From Ruminococcus albus 7 = DSM 20455 (GTDB lineage Bacteria > Bacillota > Clostridia > Oscillospirales > Ruminococcaceae): 32,000 bases of DNA. The DNA lies in NCBI RefSeq assembly GCF_000179635.2, contig NC_014833.1, positions 2,670,001-2,702,000 on the forward strand, given 5' to 3'. The position numbers and the translations under genes are program-made. The first letter of the stretch is position 1. Each line of letters starts with the position of its first letter. The notes under the pieces are model-generated. The model searched no databases and was not told where the DNA came from. It saw nothing but the letters and a program-made list of their open reading frames with translations. Positions 1 to 9,987 of this stretch are shown here, in pieces.

Positions 1-384
1 GCCCATATCAACAGTAGCACCGTTGACCTCGCCGTAATGTCTGCTGAGCTTGACCTTGATGATGCCCGACAGTGTTTCAATGGTCATGAGATCGCGGTCT
101 ACCAGACCATTATCACGCATGAACTTAGCCACGCATCTGATACCGTTGCCGCACATCTTGCCCTCAGAACCGTCGAGGTTGAACATCCTCATACGTCCGT
201 CAGCCACCTTGGAACGGCATACCAGTATAACACCGTCGCCGCCGATACCGAAATGTCTGTCGGAAAGGTTCAGCGCAAAGCCCTCGGGGTTATCTATCAT
301 ACGGTCGAAGCAGTTGAAGTAAACGTAGTCGTTGCCGCAGCCGTGCATCTTGGTGAAGTGCAGAGTGGTCTTTTCGCGGCGCAT
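1..384 (-). CDS. dapF: Diaminopimelate epimerase (DapF), N-terminal 128 codons; runs off the left edge and is in frame with carB, with no stop between them
   Basis: Hand translation of the minus strand from ATG 384..382 gives MRREKTTLHFTKMHGCGNDYVYFNCFDRMIDNPEGFALNLSDRHFGIGGDGVILVCRSKVADGRMRMFNLDGSEGKMCGNGIRCVAKF... This carries the DapF signatures FTKMHGxGNDY, DRHFGIGxDG and the catalytic-Cys motif MCGNGxRC. Confidence 0.85.
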   Translation of the reverse strand, partial: MRREKTTLHFTKMHGCGNDYVYFNCFDRMIDNPEGFALNLSDRHFGIGGDGVILVCRSKVADGRMRMFNLDGSEGKMCGNGIRCVAKFMRDNGLVDRDLMTIETLSGIIKVKLSRHYGEVNGATVDMG

Positions 385-3300
385 ATTGTTTATATCAACT
401 ATCTCGGTGTTGCTCTCGTTGTACTTGCTCCTGATGGAGGAAGCGATAGCGTTTGCAGTATCTATAGAAGTCAGGCAGGGTATGTTCCACTCGACTGTCT
501 TTCTTCTTATCTTAACCGAATCACGGGAAGGTATACGACCCTTTGAAGATGTGGAGATAACGTAGTTTACCTTGCCGCTCTCGATGAGTGTAAGGGTGTT
601 CTCGTCGCTCTCGTGTATCTTCTTTACAGCCTCAGCCTTGATGCCGTGGTCATGCAGTACTCTTGCAGTACCCTCGGTAGCATATATCTTGAATCCCAGG
701 TCAGCGAACATCTTAGCTGTCTGAGGTATCTCCTTCTTATCGGAATCACGTACAGTTATGAATACGCCGCCCTTCTGCTCCAGCTTGTAGCCTGCAGCAG
801 TCAGACCCTTGTACAGGGATTCTTCCAGTGAGCTTGATACTGCCAGTACCTCACCTGTAGACTTCATCTCAGGTCCAAGGTGGTTATCAACGCCTATGAG
901 CTTTTCAAAGCTGAATACAGGCACCTTTACTGCAACATAAGGCGAATTGGGGTGCAGACCTACACCATAGCCCATATCGCGGAGCTTTTCGCCAAGCATA
1001 GCCTTTGTTGCGAGGTCTACCATAGGTACACCCGTAACCTTGGAGATATAAGGAATGGTTCTGGAAGAACGTGGGTTTACTTCGATAACATACAGCTCGT
1101 CATCATAGATGAGGTACTGGATATTTACAAGACCCTTGGTCTTCAGTGACAGTGCCAGACGCTTTGAGCAGTCAACTACCTTGTCTATAAGTCTGTCAGA
1201 TACGTTCCATGCAGGGTATACTGCTATGGAGTCGCCCGAGTGTATACCTGTTCTCTCGATATGCTCCATAATGCCGGGGATAAGTATCTCCTCACCGTCG
1301 CATATAGCATCTATCTCAAGCTCGATACCCATGAGGTACTTATCTATAAGTACGGGGTTCTCGATGCCCTGGTCGAGTATGATAGCCATATACTCCTTGA
1401 TATCAGCCTCGTTGAAGGCGATTATCATGTTCTGACCGCCCAGCACGTAGGAAGGACGCATGAGCACAGGGTAGCCTATCTTATCGGCAACGTCCAGTGC
1501 TTCCTCACAGGTCATTACTGTGAAGCCCTCGGGACGCTTGATGTGCAGGTCTTCCAGCAGTTCATCAAAACGCTCTCTGTCCTCTGCGGCATCTATGGAA
1601 TCGGGAGGTGTACCCAGTATCTTGACACCGTTCTCGCTCAGATACTTTGTGAGCTTGATAGCGGTCTGTCCGCCGAAGGCTACCACTACGCCCACAGGCT
1701 TCTCAACGCGGATGATGTTCATAACGTCCTCGTTGGTCAGCGGCTCGAAGTACAGTCTGTCAGCTGTATCGAAGTCGGTGGAAACAGTCTCGGGGTTATT
1801 GTTTACGATAACTACGTCATAGCCGTGTTCTTTCAGCGCCCATACGCAGTGTACGGAAGCGTAGTCGAACTCGATGCCCTGACCGATACGTATAGGACCC
1901 GAACCGAAAACTATTACAGTATCCTTCTTCTGCTTCTGCTCAGCGATGAACTCGGCAGCCTCGTCCTCATCATCGTAGGTGGAGTAGAAGTAAGGGGTAT
2001 TTGCAGCGAACTCGGCAGCACAGGTATCGACCATCTTGAATACTGCGTGTGCGGGTTCATTTATCTTTTCGCCCGATATGCGCTCGATGACCTTATCGGG
2101 ATAGCCCATGCGCTTGGCTTCAAGGTATGTATACTTGGATACATTTCCCTTAGCCAGTTCTTTTTCCATATCTATCAGCTTGCAGAGCTTGTTGAGGAAC
2201 CACTCGTCTATCATGGTTATGGAGTGTATCTCATCAACGCTCACACCGCGGCGGAGAGCCTCGTATACCACGAACATTCTCTCGTCGCTGGGCTCATGGA
2301 GCCTTGCCTTGATAGTTTCATCATCAAGCTCCAGCATCTTGGGCGAGATAAGGCAGTCGTGACCTATCTCGGCACCGCGTACAGCCTTCATTATAGCCTG
2401 CTCGAATGTAGTACCGATAGCCATTACTTCGCCTGTAGCCTTCATCTGTGTGCCCAGTTCACGCTTAGCGTATACGAACTTATCGAAAGGCCACTTTGGC
2501 AGCTTAACTACAACGTAGTCCAGTGCAGGCTCGAAGCAGGCATAGGTCTTGCCTGTTACGGCGTTCTTTATCTCGTCCAGAGTATAACCTATTGCTATCT
2601 GCGCTGCAACCTTTGCTATGGGGTAACCAGTAGCCTTTGAAGCCAGTGCGGAAGAACGTGAAACTCTGGGGTTAACTTCTATTACAGCATACTCGAAGGT
2701 CTCGGGGTTCAGTGCGAACTGACAGTTACAGCCGCCCTCAACTTTCAGTGTGTCGATTATCTTCAGTGCAGCGGAACGCAGCATCTGATATTCCTTATCA
2801 GCAAGGGTAACAGCAGGGGCTATAACTATGGAGTCACCTGTGTGTACGCCGACAGGGTCGAAGTTCTCCATAGAACATACTGTTATAACGTTGCCCTTGG
2901 AGTCACGCATAACTTCAAACTCGATCTCTTTCCAGCCTGCGATGCACTTCTCTACCAGTACCTGAGTGATAGGCGAGAGGTACAGACCGTTTCTGGTTAT
3001 CTCGATGAGTTCTTCTTCATTATTAACGATACCGCCGCCTGTGCCGCCCAGTGTGAATGCGGGTCTGATGATAAGCGGGAAGCCTATGCCCTCCTCCTTG
3101 GAGAATGCAACAGCATCTTCAACGGTATTAACTACCTTTGAGGGTATGCAGGGCTGACCTATGGATTCCATAGTATCCTTGAACAGCTGTCTGTCCTCAG
3201 CCTTGTCGATAGTTTCGGGATTAGCGCCCAGCAGCTTTACGTTGTATTCATCAAGGAAGCCTTCCTTTGCCAGCTGCATGGAAAGTGTCAGACCTGTCTG

Positions 3301-3576
3301 TCCGCCCAGTGTGGAAAGCAGGCTGTCGGGTCTTTCCTTTATTATTACCCTCTTTACTGTTTCAAGGGTAAGGGGTTCTATATATATCTTATCCGCCATT
3401 GCGTTGTCGGTCATTATGGTAGCGGGGTTGGAGTTTATCAGTATTACCTCAAGACCCTGCTGCTTCAGCGCACGGCAAGCCTGTGTGCCTGCATAGTCGA
3501 ACTCGGCTGCCTGTCCTATAACGATAGGGCCCGAGCCTATGACCAGTACGCGGCGTATCTCATTATTCAAAGGCAT
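385..3576 (-). CDS. carB: Carbamoyl-phosphate synthase large subunit (CarB), 1064 codons, with no in-frame stop before the dapF Met
   Basis: ATG at 3576..3574 is preceded by GAAAGGA. The N-terminus is MPLNNEIRRVLVIGSGPIVIGQAAEFDYAGTQ, the classic CarB start. The frame stays open to the window edge, and the ORF track lists no closed minus ORF here. The MGS-like C-terminus is ...PCLTSIDTANAIASSIRSKYNESNTEIVDINN. The plus-strand ORFs listed over 37..3790 are antisense shadows. Confidence 0.95.
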
Positions 3577-3592
3577 TTTTATCTATCCTTTC

Positions 3593-4684
3593 TTACTTGG
3601 TATCGGGAGAATTTTTGTACTCGTCCATCAACTCGCAGAAGCGGTCGAACAGGAAGCCCGTATCAAGGGGACCTCCGCAAGCCTCGGGGTGGAACTGCAC
3701 CGAGAATGCAGGTTCATCGGTATAGCGCACGCCCTCGCAGGTATTGTCGTTTGCATTCACAAAGCTCTCCTTTGCGCCTGCGGGCAGTGAATCGCTTATA
3801 ACAGCGTAGCCGTGGTTCTGTGAGGTGATATATACCCTGCCGGTATCAACTTCCTTACATGGCTGGTTTGCACCTCTGTGACCGTACTTCAGTTTCTCGG
3901 TCTTAGCGCCGTGTGCAAGTGCCAGCAGCTGGTGACCAAGGCATATACCGAAGGTGGGTATCTTCAGTGCGCTTATCTTTCTGAGCTCCTCTATGATCTC
4001 AACGTTCTCCGCAGGATCTCCGGGGCCGTTTGACAGCATTATGCCGTCGGGAGCAAGTTCTTTTATCCTGTCTATCCCGGTGTACGCAGGCACTACCGTT
4101 ACCTCGCAGCCCCTGTTTACCAGACAGCGGCATATATTAGCCTTTGCACCGAAGTCGTAAAGCACAACTCTGCGCTTAGCCTCACCCTCCGGAGAGAAAG
4201 TTTCTTCCTTATCGCAGGTGGTATTCTTCACCGCGTCGATTATCTTATAGTTCTTTACCTCCTCGGGCACTGTGCCGTCGGTGGATGTAACTATCTTACC
4301 GTTCATTACACCATGTTCCCTTACTATACGTGTCAGGTGTCTGGTGTCGATGCCGTATAACCCTACTATGCCGTTTTCACGCAAAAAAATGTCAAGATCA
4401 CCCTCGCAGCGGAAGTTGCTGGGCTCTTGACACCATTGTCTTACGATATATGCTTTTACATGGGGACGGCTGCTTTCAAAATCCTGTGGGATAACGCCGT
4501 AATTGCCGATCAGCGGGAAAGTCTGTACAACGATCTGTCCGTAATAGCTGGGATCGGTAAGGGTCTCAAGATAGCCCGTCATAGCGGTAGTAAACACTAT
4601 CTCCCCGACAGCTTCACCACTTGCGCCAAAGCTTTTACCCTCAAATACAGTGCCGTTTTCAAGAATAAGATATGCCTTCTGCAC
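3593..4684 (-). CDS. carA: Carbamoyl-phosphate synthase small (glutamine amidotransferase) subunit
   Basis: The ORF is 3593..4705. It shows the class I GATase motif FGICLGHQLL and the HRGANQP / HGY regions. The preferred start is GTG 4684, 6 nt after AAGGAGGA, giving VQKAYLILENGTVFEG, a typical CarA start. The ATG at 4705 has no RBS and sits at the predicted transcription start. Confidence 0.93.
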   Translation of the reverse strand: MQKAYLILENGTVFEGKSFGASGEAVGEIVFTTAMTGYLETLTDPSYYGQIVVQTFPLIGNYGVIPQDFESSRPHVKAYIVRQWCQEPSNFRCEGDLDIFLRENGIVGLYGIDTRHLTRIVREHGVMNGKIVTSTDGTVPEEVKNYKIIDAVKNTTCDKEETFSPEGEAKRRVVLYDFGAKANICRCLVNRGCEVTVVPAYTGIDRIKELAPDGIMLSNGPGDPAENVEIIEELRKISALKIPTFGICLGHQLLALAHGAKTEKLKYGHRGANQPCKEVDTGRVYITSQNHGYAVISDSLPAGAKESFVNANDNTCEGVRYTDEPAFSVQFHPEACGGPLDTGFLFDRFCELMDEYKNSPDTK

Positions 4685-4715
4685 TTTAAATCCTCCTTTG
4701 AACATTCTTCAAGAT

Positions 4716-4744
4716 ATTATAGCATATCCCGACTTATTTGTAAA
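4716..4744 (-). promoter_or_regulatory. Sigma-A type promoter for carAB
   Basis: The minus strand reads TTTACA (4744..4739), a 17-nt spacer ending in TATGc (-16 TRTG motif), then TATAAT (4721..4716). The leader is too short (~25 nt) for a PyrR-type attenuator. Confidence 0.6.
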
Positions 4745-4814
4745 GGGCAATTATTACAAAAAATAGAAACACGCTTTTAATTATCTTTGAAGAAAATGCC
4801 ATCGCATGGGTACG

Positions 4815-4861
4815 CAAAAAGCTGTGTGGTCCTATCGGATATTATCCGACGAGAACCACAC
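4815..4861 (-). terminator. Rho-independent terminator ending the diguanylate cyclase / 7TM-PAS operon
   Basis: The minus strand reads GTGTGGTTCTCGTCGGATAATATCCGATAGGACCACAC (imperfect long hairpin, 4824..4861) followed by AGCTTTTTG. Confidence 0.7.
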
Positions 4862-4915
4862 TACTGCATCTGAATATCGTATTTCTCTATACCTCATCCA
4901 CACAGTGATACAAAG

Positions 4916-6469
4916 CTATGCCTGCGTATCCGAAAGCTTCCCGCTCCTCGCTTTAGCCTCACGGGTCAGCTGGTCGATATCCATAAAGCCTATCACGATG
5001 AAATGCTCGTCCTTCGCCATGCGTGATATCTTCATGCTGAAATACACAGGTCTGTCCTGTATCAGGCGGCGATAGGTGAAGGTAAAGGTCTGCCTCAGGC
5101 TGAGTTCCTTCATCAGCTTTTTGCGGTTGAGGGCTGTAAGAAAAGCATCTCTGTCATCAGGGCATACATCCTCGCTGAGTTCTGCTTTGCAGTCGCTGAA
5201 GAAATGCCAGCCGTGACGCACCTCGGAAAGCGTGCTGTCACCTTCTCTTTTCACATACTCCCTGAACTCCTCGCTGTCTGTATCTATATAGAATATTTTT
5301 TCATAATCCCTCGCCAGCGTCTGGGCGATACGATTATACATAAGCCCTGTGCTGACTGCTTTTTCGTAGGCTTCCTTAGTCATAGCCTGCTCGTGGCGTA
5401 TACTCACAAGGTCTGTGATATCCTGACACATACCCAGCACACAGTATCTGCCCTGAGTGTCCTTGTATTTCAGCTTCGTGGTCTGCAGCTGCCTGGGATT
5501 TCCCAGCGCATCGGGAACATCTTCATAGTATATATAAGGCTTGCTCATGGAGAGGGCTAATTTATCAGTTTCAACAAAATATTCGGCTGTCTGTGCATCA
5601 AATATCTGTGCATCCGTAAGCCCTATCACAAGGTCTGTTGAGCTTTTGTGAGCATAGTCGGCAAAAGCTTTATTGCAGGCAAGGTACTTCCCTGTTTCGG
5701 CATCCTTTGTGAAGGTCATGCCGGGCATATTATCAAGGAGTGAGAAAAATCTGTCCTTCAGCTCCGATATCTTTTCTGCCTCTTCCATGCCCCTCTTGTA
5801 TTCCTCCTTCTCATCATTAGCAACGAATGAGTGCAGCAGGCAGGTGCCGAGCATATAAGCTATGGAATATACGGGAAGCAGCGGGAACAGCAGCTGTACA
5901 AAAAGACAGCACGCCATTATCATACCGAAGGATGCCAGTATGCGAAAACGCACACGGTTCTCCGAATCCGCTCCGCTGCTTATCATTGAAGACAAGGCAT
6001 GGAGGGATATTATCAATAGAAATACTATCTGGCTGACAAGAAGTACATATCGCACAGGAAGTGCTATGTAGGTACATTCGCTATCAACTGTGAACAGCAC
6101 CGGTGTGAATATGTTTACTATGGTCACAGCCAGTATCAGCCCTGCAAGTATACGTCCTGTATGAACGAGGAACCGTCCGAAACGGCTATTCTCGTGCAGG
6201 TAGGCGACAGTATATTCAGCCCAGAATGTCAGTCCTGCCGCCATAGCTATGAAATACACGGTAGTATCAACAAAAAGCGCCCCTGACAGCTTTTTGTAAT
6301 CAAGTATGCCCCAGAGTATATCCGTTACATAATATACCAGCACAGCAAACAGGAACCGCCTGTATACGTACCATGCAGGCTTATCGTATACTCTCGGATC
6401 ACGCAGTATATCCAGATTGACTATGCACAGCACCAGGACTGCCAGCAGACCGATCGCGGAATAATACAT
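4916..6469 (-). CDS. Membrane sensor protein: ~7 TM helices plus two PAS-like modules, with no recognisable output domain
   Basis: 517 aa. Residues ~1-215 contain about seven hydrophobic helices. The cytoplasmic remainder aligns with the first two PAS-like modules of the upstream GGDEF protein (LLDNMPGMTFTKDAETGKYLACNKAF vs LLDNIPGIYLTKDANTGEYLACNQTF). No GGDEF, EAL, HD-GYP, HisKA or HTH motif was seen. The start lies 6 nt after the stop of the upstream gene. Confidence 0.75.
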   Translation of the reverse strand: MYYSAIGLLAVLVLCIVNLDILRDPRVYDKPAWYVYRRFLFAVLVYYVTDILWGILDYKKLSGALFVDTTVYFIAMAAGLTFWAEYTVAYLHENSRFGRFLVHTGRILAGLILAVTIVNIFTPVLFTVDSECTYIALPVRYVLLVSQIVFLLIISLHALSSMISSGADSENRVRFRILASFGMIMACCLFVQLLFPLLPVYSIAYMLGTCLLHSFVANDEKEEYKRGMEEAEKISELKDRFFSLLDNMPGMTFTKDAETGKYLACNKAFADYAHKSSTDLVIGLTDAQIFDAQTAEYFVETDKLALSMSKPYIYYEDVPDALGNPRQLQTTKLKYKDTQGRYCVLGMCQDITDLVSIRHEQAMTKEAYEKAVSTGLMYNRIAQTLARDYEKIFYIDTDSEEFREYVKREGDSTLSEVRHGWHFFSDCKAELSEDVCPDDRDAFLTALNRKKLMKELSLRQTFTFTYRRLIQDRPVYFSMKISRMAKDEHFIVIGFMDIDQLTREAKARSGKLSDTQA

Positions 6470-6475
6470 ATCTTC

Positions 6476-9400
6476 TTATCCTCTCAGTTTCCTTTTATCT
6501 TTCAGATAACTCTTGTTTTCATACATTCTCATATCAGCACGTTCGTAAACCTGGGATACCTTTGAATCGCTATTGTAGTATGCCATACCCAGTGCTATTA
6601 CGATACCGCCGTTTTCAATAGCTTCTTCGTTATGGTCATTCATCACTTTTATAAGTTCATCTATCCTGGCATAATCATCTCCCTGTGAAAGCACAGCGAA
6701 TTCATCACCGCCCACACGGAATACGGGGCTTCGCTTGAAGGTGGTGCAGATGATCTTGCAGGCATCTCTCAGGTACTGGTCGCCCGCCTTGTGACCCTCA
6801 TTGTCGTTTACCTTTTTAAGATCGTTGACATCAAGTATGACTATGGCAAATTCCGGTGCGCGGTCCATTTCGATCTGTGCATTCAGACGTTCTTCGTATA
6901 CACGGTAGGCATTCCTGTTCTTTATGCCTGTCAGCGCATCTATATTTGCCTCTATCCTGGCCTGTGCAAGACGTCTGCTGTACTCTTCCTCCTGACGCAC
7001 CTGAGAGTCGATATCGTTGACACCGACTACGAGCCTTCTGCCGTCAGTTTCCTCGACTATGGCAGCTTTCAGCTGTACATAGCGCGGTTCATCATTTATC
7101 ATAAGACGGTAGCTCAGGGTAAATATACCGTTGCGCTCCACTTCCTCCAGAGCATTTTCCATAGTAAGGGCTGTGAACACCCTGTTCTGATCCTCACGGT
7201 AGACCACATGGATCGACTTTTCCCTGAGATCTGAGAAGAAGTTATCACCCTCAGAAGGCATACCCATTGAATCAAATCCTGCTTCGGAACTGTATTCACG
7301 GTACCTGCCTGTCTCGGGCACAACTATGTATATACTCAGATAATCACCTGCCAGGGCACTTATCCTGCTGTATGCGGTCTGCTCCTCCTGCATACGCTGT
7401 GCAGCCTGACGCTCCTTCATCTGCTCATCGACATTGGTCACGCTCATTATTATAAAACGGTCATCATCCTTCATACGTGTTACCTTCATGGTAACATATA
7501 CAGGCACCCCGTCCCTGATAAGGCGGTACGTCATTGTGAATATGTTATTCTGTTCCAGGGCTTTCATCATCGTTTTGCGTTCCACCGCCCTGATGACCAG
7601 ATCGCGGTCCTCGGGATATACCATCTCCACAGCTGCATCATAGCATTCCTCAAAGAAATGCCACCCGTGTACAGCATCTGAAAGCACATCGCCGCCGTTA
7701 TAGGTGTTGTACTCGATATACTCTTCGGTATTGATATCAACATAGAACAGATACATATACCCCTGAGAAAGAGTCTGTGCTATATGTGTGAATATCAGAC
7801 CTCTGCCGCGGGCTTTTTCGTAGGATTCCTTTGTCGATACTTTATTTCGTGATATGCGTATACTGTCGGAAACGTCCTGTACTATTCCCAGCAGACACAG
7901 CCTGCCGTTTGCATCAGTATATTTCACCTTGATATTCTTTACGCTCCTCATGTTCCCGAAGGAGTCTTCCATATCATCATACAATATCAGCGGTTCATCC
8001 ATAGAAAGGGCTATCTTGTCATCCTCCATGAAGCGCTTTGCTCTTTCCTCGTCGAAAAGATCAGAGGAAGTAAGACCTATGACCTCTGATGGATCCTTCT
8101 TGTGTACATAGTTTGCAAAGGTCTGGTTGCAGGCAAGGTATTCACCCGTGTTAGCATCCTTGGTAAGATATATACCCGGTATATTATCCAGCAGCGAGGT
8201 TATGGTCTGCTGAAGCTCCGCCACCTGTGCCGCCTCCTCCAGCAGACGCTTCTGATTGTTCGCCAGACGTTCCGCACGCAGCTTCTGTGTCAGCAGGAAA
8301 AGTATGACCGCAAACATGACCGTCAGCACTGCCACGACTATCAGCCAGTTGTCTTTAAGGAACTGCATGAAGGATACCTTTTGTTCCTCAAACATATACG
8401 AAGCCAGTGCAGCACCCATATCGCTGTGCTGGGTCATGAGCACTGTTTTGTTCAGTATGGTGTAGAGTACACGGTCAGACTTCTTCACAGCAAAGGAGAA
8501 CGTCAGCGTTTCACCTGCAGGTACAGTGAACAGCTTATTTTTCTTTAATTCTTCTTCAACAGCACTTATCCTGTAATTGCTCACAAGTACGCAGTCAGCT
8601 TCGCCCTCCGCAACAGCTTTATAGCACGCATGCAATCCCTTGTAGGGCTTTCTGTCAGATTCGGGATAATGATCCTTTATGAAGCTTTCGATATTGAGCA
8701 TATCAGCATTTACTGCAAAGGTGATACTGCTCTCATCAGAAAGTGAACGGCGGTCAGAAATGCGCATAATGGCATTTATCTCAGTTTCCATAGCAGGCGC
8801 TGACAGCATTATTCCTCTTTGTGCAGCTTCATAGGTACTCATATATACAGGGAAAACACAGTCTATCTCACCTTTATCAAGCGCTTCAAGAGCCTCCTCG
8901 GTCGAATCGAAGGGTATGGTGGTGAACTGAAGATCCTGACAGCCCAGCCTGTTTTTTGCATGAGCCAGATAGTCCTTCAGCGCACCTGTAAGCTCTCCGC
9001 TGTCCTCATCTGTACTGCAGAAGGGCAGATAATTCGCTCTGTAGCCTACCCTGATCTCACCGTGTTCTGCCAGCCAGTCCTCCTGATCGGGCTTTAATAT
9101 CGAATCCTTATTGTTGTAATATATACGCTGCCTGGATATTTTTTCATTGAAATACGGATCCTCATCATGTATCTCATACATCGCCTTGTTTAACTCATCT
9201 ATCAGCCCGGGGCTTTTCCTGCTGACAGCATAGTAGTAGTCCGAACCGCCTATACGGCTGACCGGTATGATCTTATTCTCGTCCTCGGTAGAATATATGG
9301 AAGCAAATCCGTCTATCTCCTTGTTGCAGACCATATTCACCGATCTTTCCTCGCTGCCTGTCAGCTCAACTATCTCAACGGATAAGCCGTTCTTTTCCAC

Positions 9401-9886
9401 CCATTCCTTCAACAGGGTTTCCTGATAGCTTTCCTTGTTAACACCGATCCGCTTTCCGTTAAAGGTGGAAAGATCATCACCTGTGATCTCTCTGTTTTCT
9501 GCATCTATATAAATATAGTATGCCTCAGTGCCCATGGGCAGCTCTGAGAAATACATGAACTCCTCACGTTCGGGCGTGTATGAAACATCGCTGAGCAGGT
9601 CTATATCCCCGTCCTTCAGCATCTGCAGAAGCTCTGACCAGCCGCCCTCAACATATTCATAAGTCCAGCCTGTGTACGCAGATATCTTCTGGTGATACTC
9701 ATAGTCAACGCCGCAGCGCCTTCCGAATTTGTCGAAGTAACAAAAGGAGGAATCGAACCAGCCGACACGTACTACCCTCTGTTCATTTTTATCAGCTGAT
9801 ACCCCTGTCGGCATAAGTATACCGGAAAATATCACTGTCGTCAGTAAAACTGTTATTATCCGTTTTATGATACCTGAAGACTTCAC
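6476..9886 (-). CDS. Sensory diguanylate cyclase: signal peptide, two SBP_bac_3-like extracytoplasmic domains, one TM helix, three PAS-like modules, GGDEF domain
   Basis: 1136 aa with a GTG start. The GGDEF codons were read directly at 6698..6712 (ggc ggt gat gaa ttc on the minus strand), in the context FRVGGDEFAVL with DALTGIKNR upstream. No RxxD I-site is present at -9..-6 (sequence FKRSPVFRV). The TM helix is WLIVVAVLTVMFAVILFLL. There are two tandem periplasmic-binding-protein-like repeats (RVVRVGWFDSS..., IRVGYRANYLPF...). Confidence 0.9.
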   Translation of the reverse strand: MKSSGIIKRIITVLLTTVIFSGILMPTGVSADKNEQRVVRVGWFDSSFCYFDKFGRRCGVDYEYHQKISAYTGWTYEYVEGGWSELLQMLKDGDIDLLSDVSYTPEREEFMYFSELPMGTEAYYIYIDAENREITGDDLSTFNGKRIGVNKESYQETLLKEWVEKNGLSVEIVELTGSEERSVNMVCNKEIDGFASIYSTEDENKIIPVSRIGGSDYYYAVSRKSPGLIDELNKAMYEIHDEDPYFNEKISRQRIYYNNKDSILKPDQEDWLAEHGEIRVGYRANYLPFCSTDEDSGELTGALKDYLAHAKNRLGCQDLQFTTIPFDSTEEALEALDKGEIDCVFPVYMSTYEAAQRGIMLSAPAMETEINAIMRISDRRSLSDESSITFAVNADMLNIESFIKDHYPESDRKPYKGLHACYKAVAEGEADCVLVSNYRISAVEEELKKNKLFTVPAGETLTFSFAVKKSDRVLYTILNKTVLMTQHSDMGAALASYMFEEQKVSFMQFLKDNWLIVVAVLTVMFAVILFLLTQKLRAERLANNQKRLLEEAAQVAELQQTITSLLDNIPGIYLTKDANTGEYLACNQTFANYVHKKDPSEVIGLTSSDLFDEERAKRFMEDDKIALSMDEPLILYDDMEDSFGNMRSVKNIKVKYTDANGRLCLLGIVQDVSDSIRISRNKVSTKESYEKARGRGLIFTHIAQTLSQGYMYLFYVDINTEEYIEYNTYNGGDVLSDAVHGWHFFEECYDAAVEMVYPEDRDLVIRAVERKTMMKALEQNNIFTMTYRLIRDGVPVYVTMKVTRMKDDDRFIIMSVTNVDEQMKERQAAQRMQEEQTAYSRISALAGDYLSIYIVVPETGRYREYSSEAGFDSMGMPSEGDNFFSDLREKSIHVVYREDQNRVFTALTMENALEEVERNGIFTLSYRLMINDEPRYVQLKAAIVEETDGRRLVVGVNDIDSQVRQEEEYSRRLAQARIEANIDALTGIKNRNAYRVYEERLNAQIEMDRAPEFAIVILDVNDLKKVNDNEGHKAGDQYLRDACKIICTTFKRSPVFRVGGDEFAVLSQGDDYARIDELIKVMNDHNEEAIENGGIVIALGMAYYNSDSKVSQVYERADMRMYENKSYLKDKRKLRG

Positions 9887-9987
9887 TCCACAAGCCCCCT
9901 TTTATGCATAGTATATTTATCCTGTGACCTTATCGGTATATTTCTCGGTCATCTCCGTCAGTTGACCTGACTTCCATTATTACTATC

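Noticed and set aside
37-3790. Numerous plus-strand ORFs over the left 3.8 kb, including a 466-aa ORF at 1240..2640.
   Set aside because: They lie antisense to the carB/dapF reading frame, which shows unmistakable CarB and DapF motifs. Their translations are low-complexity (Leu/Ser/Val-rich) with no recognisable motifs or RBSs. They are shadow ORFs.
5817-6077. An 86-aa minus-strand ORF and 61-118-aa plus-strand ORFs inside the 7TM-PAS gene.
   Set aside because: They lie out of frame or antisense within a longer, well-supported membrane-protein ORF, and they have no RBS.
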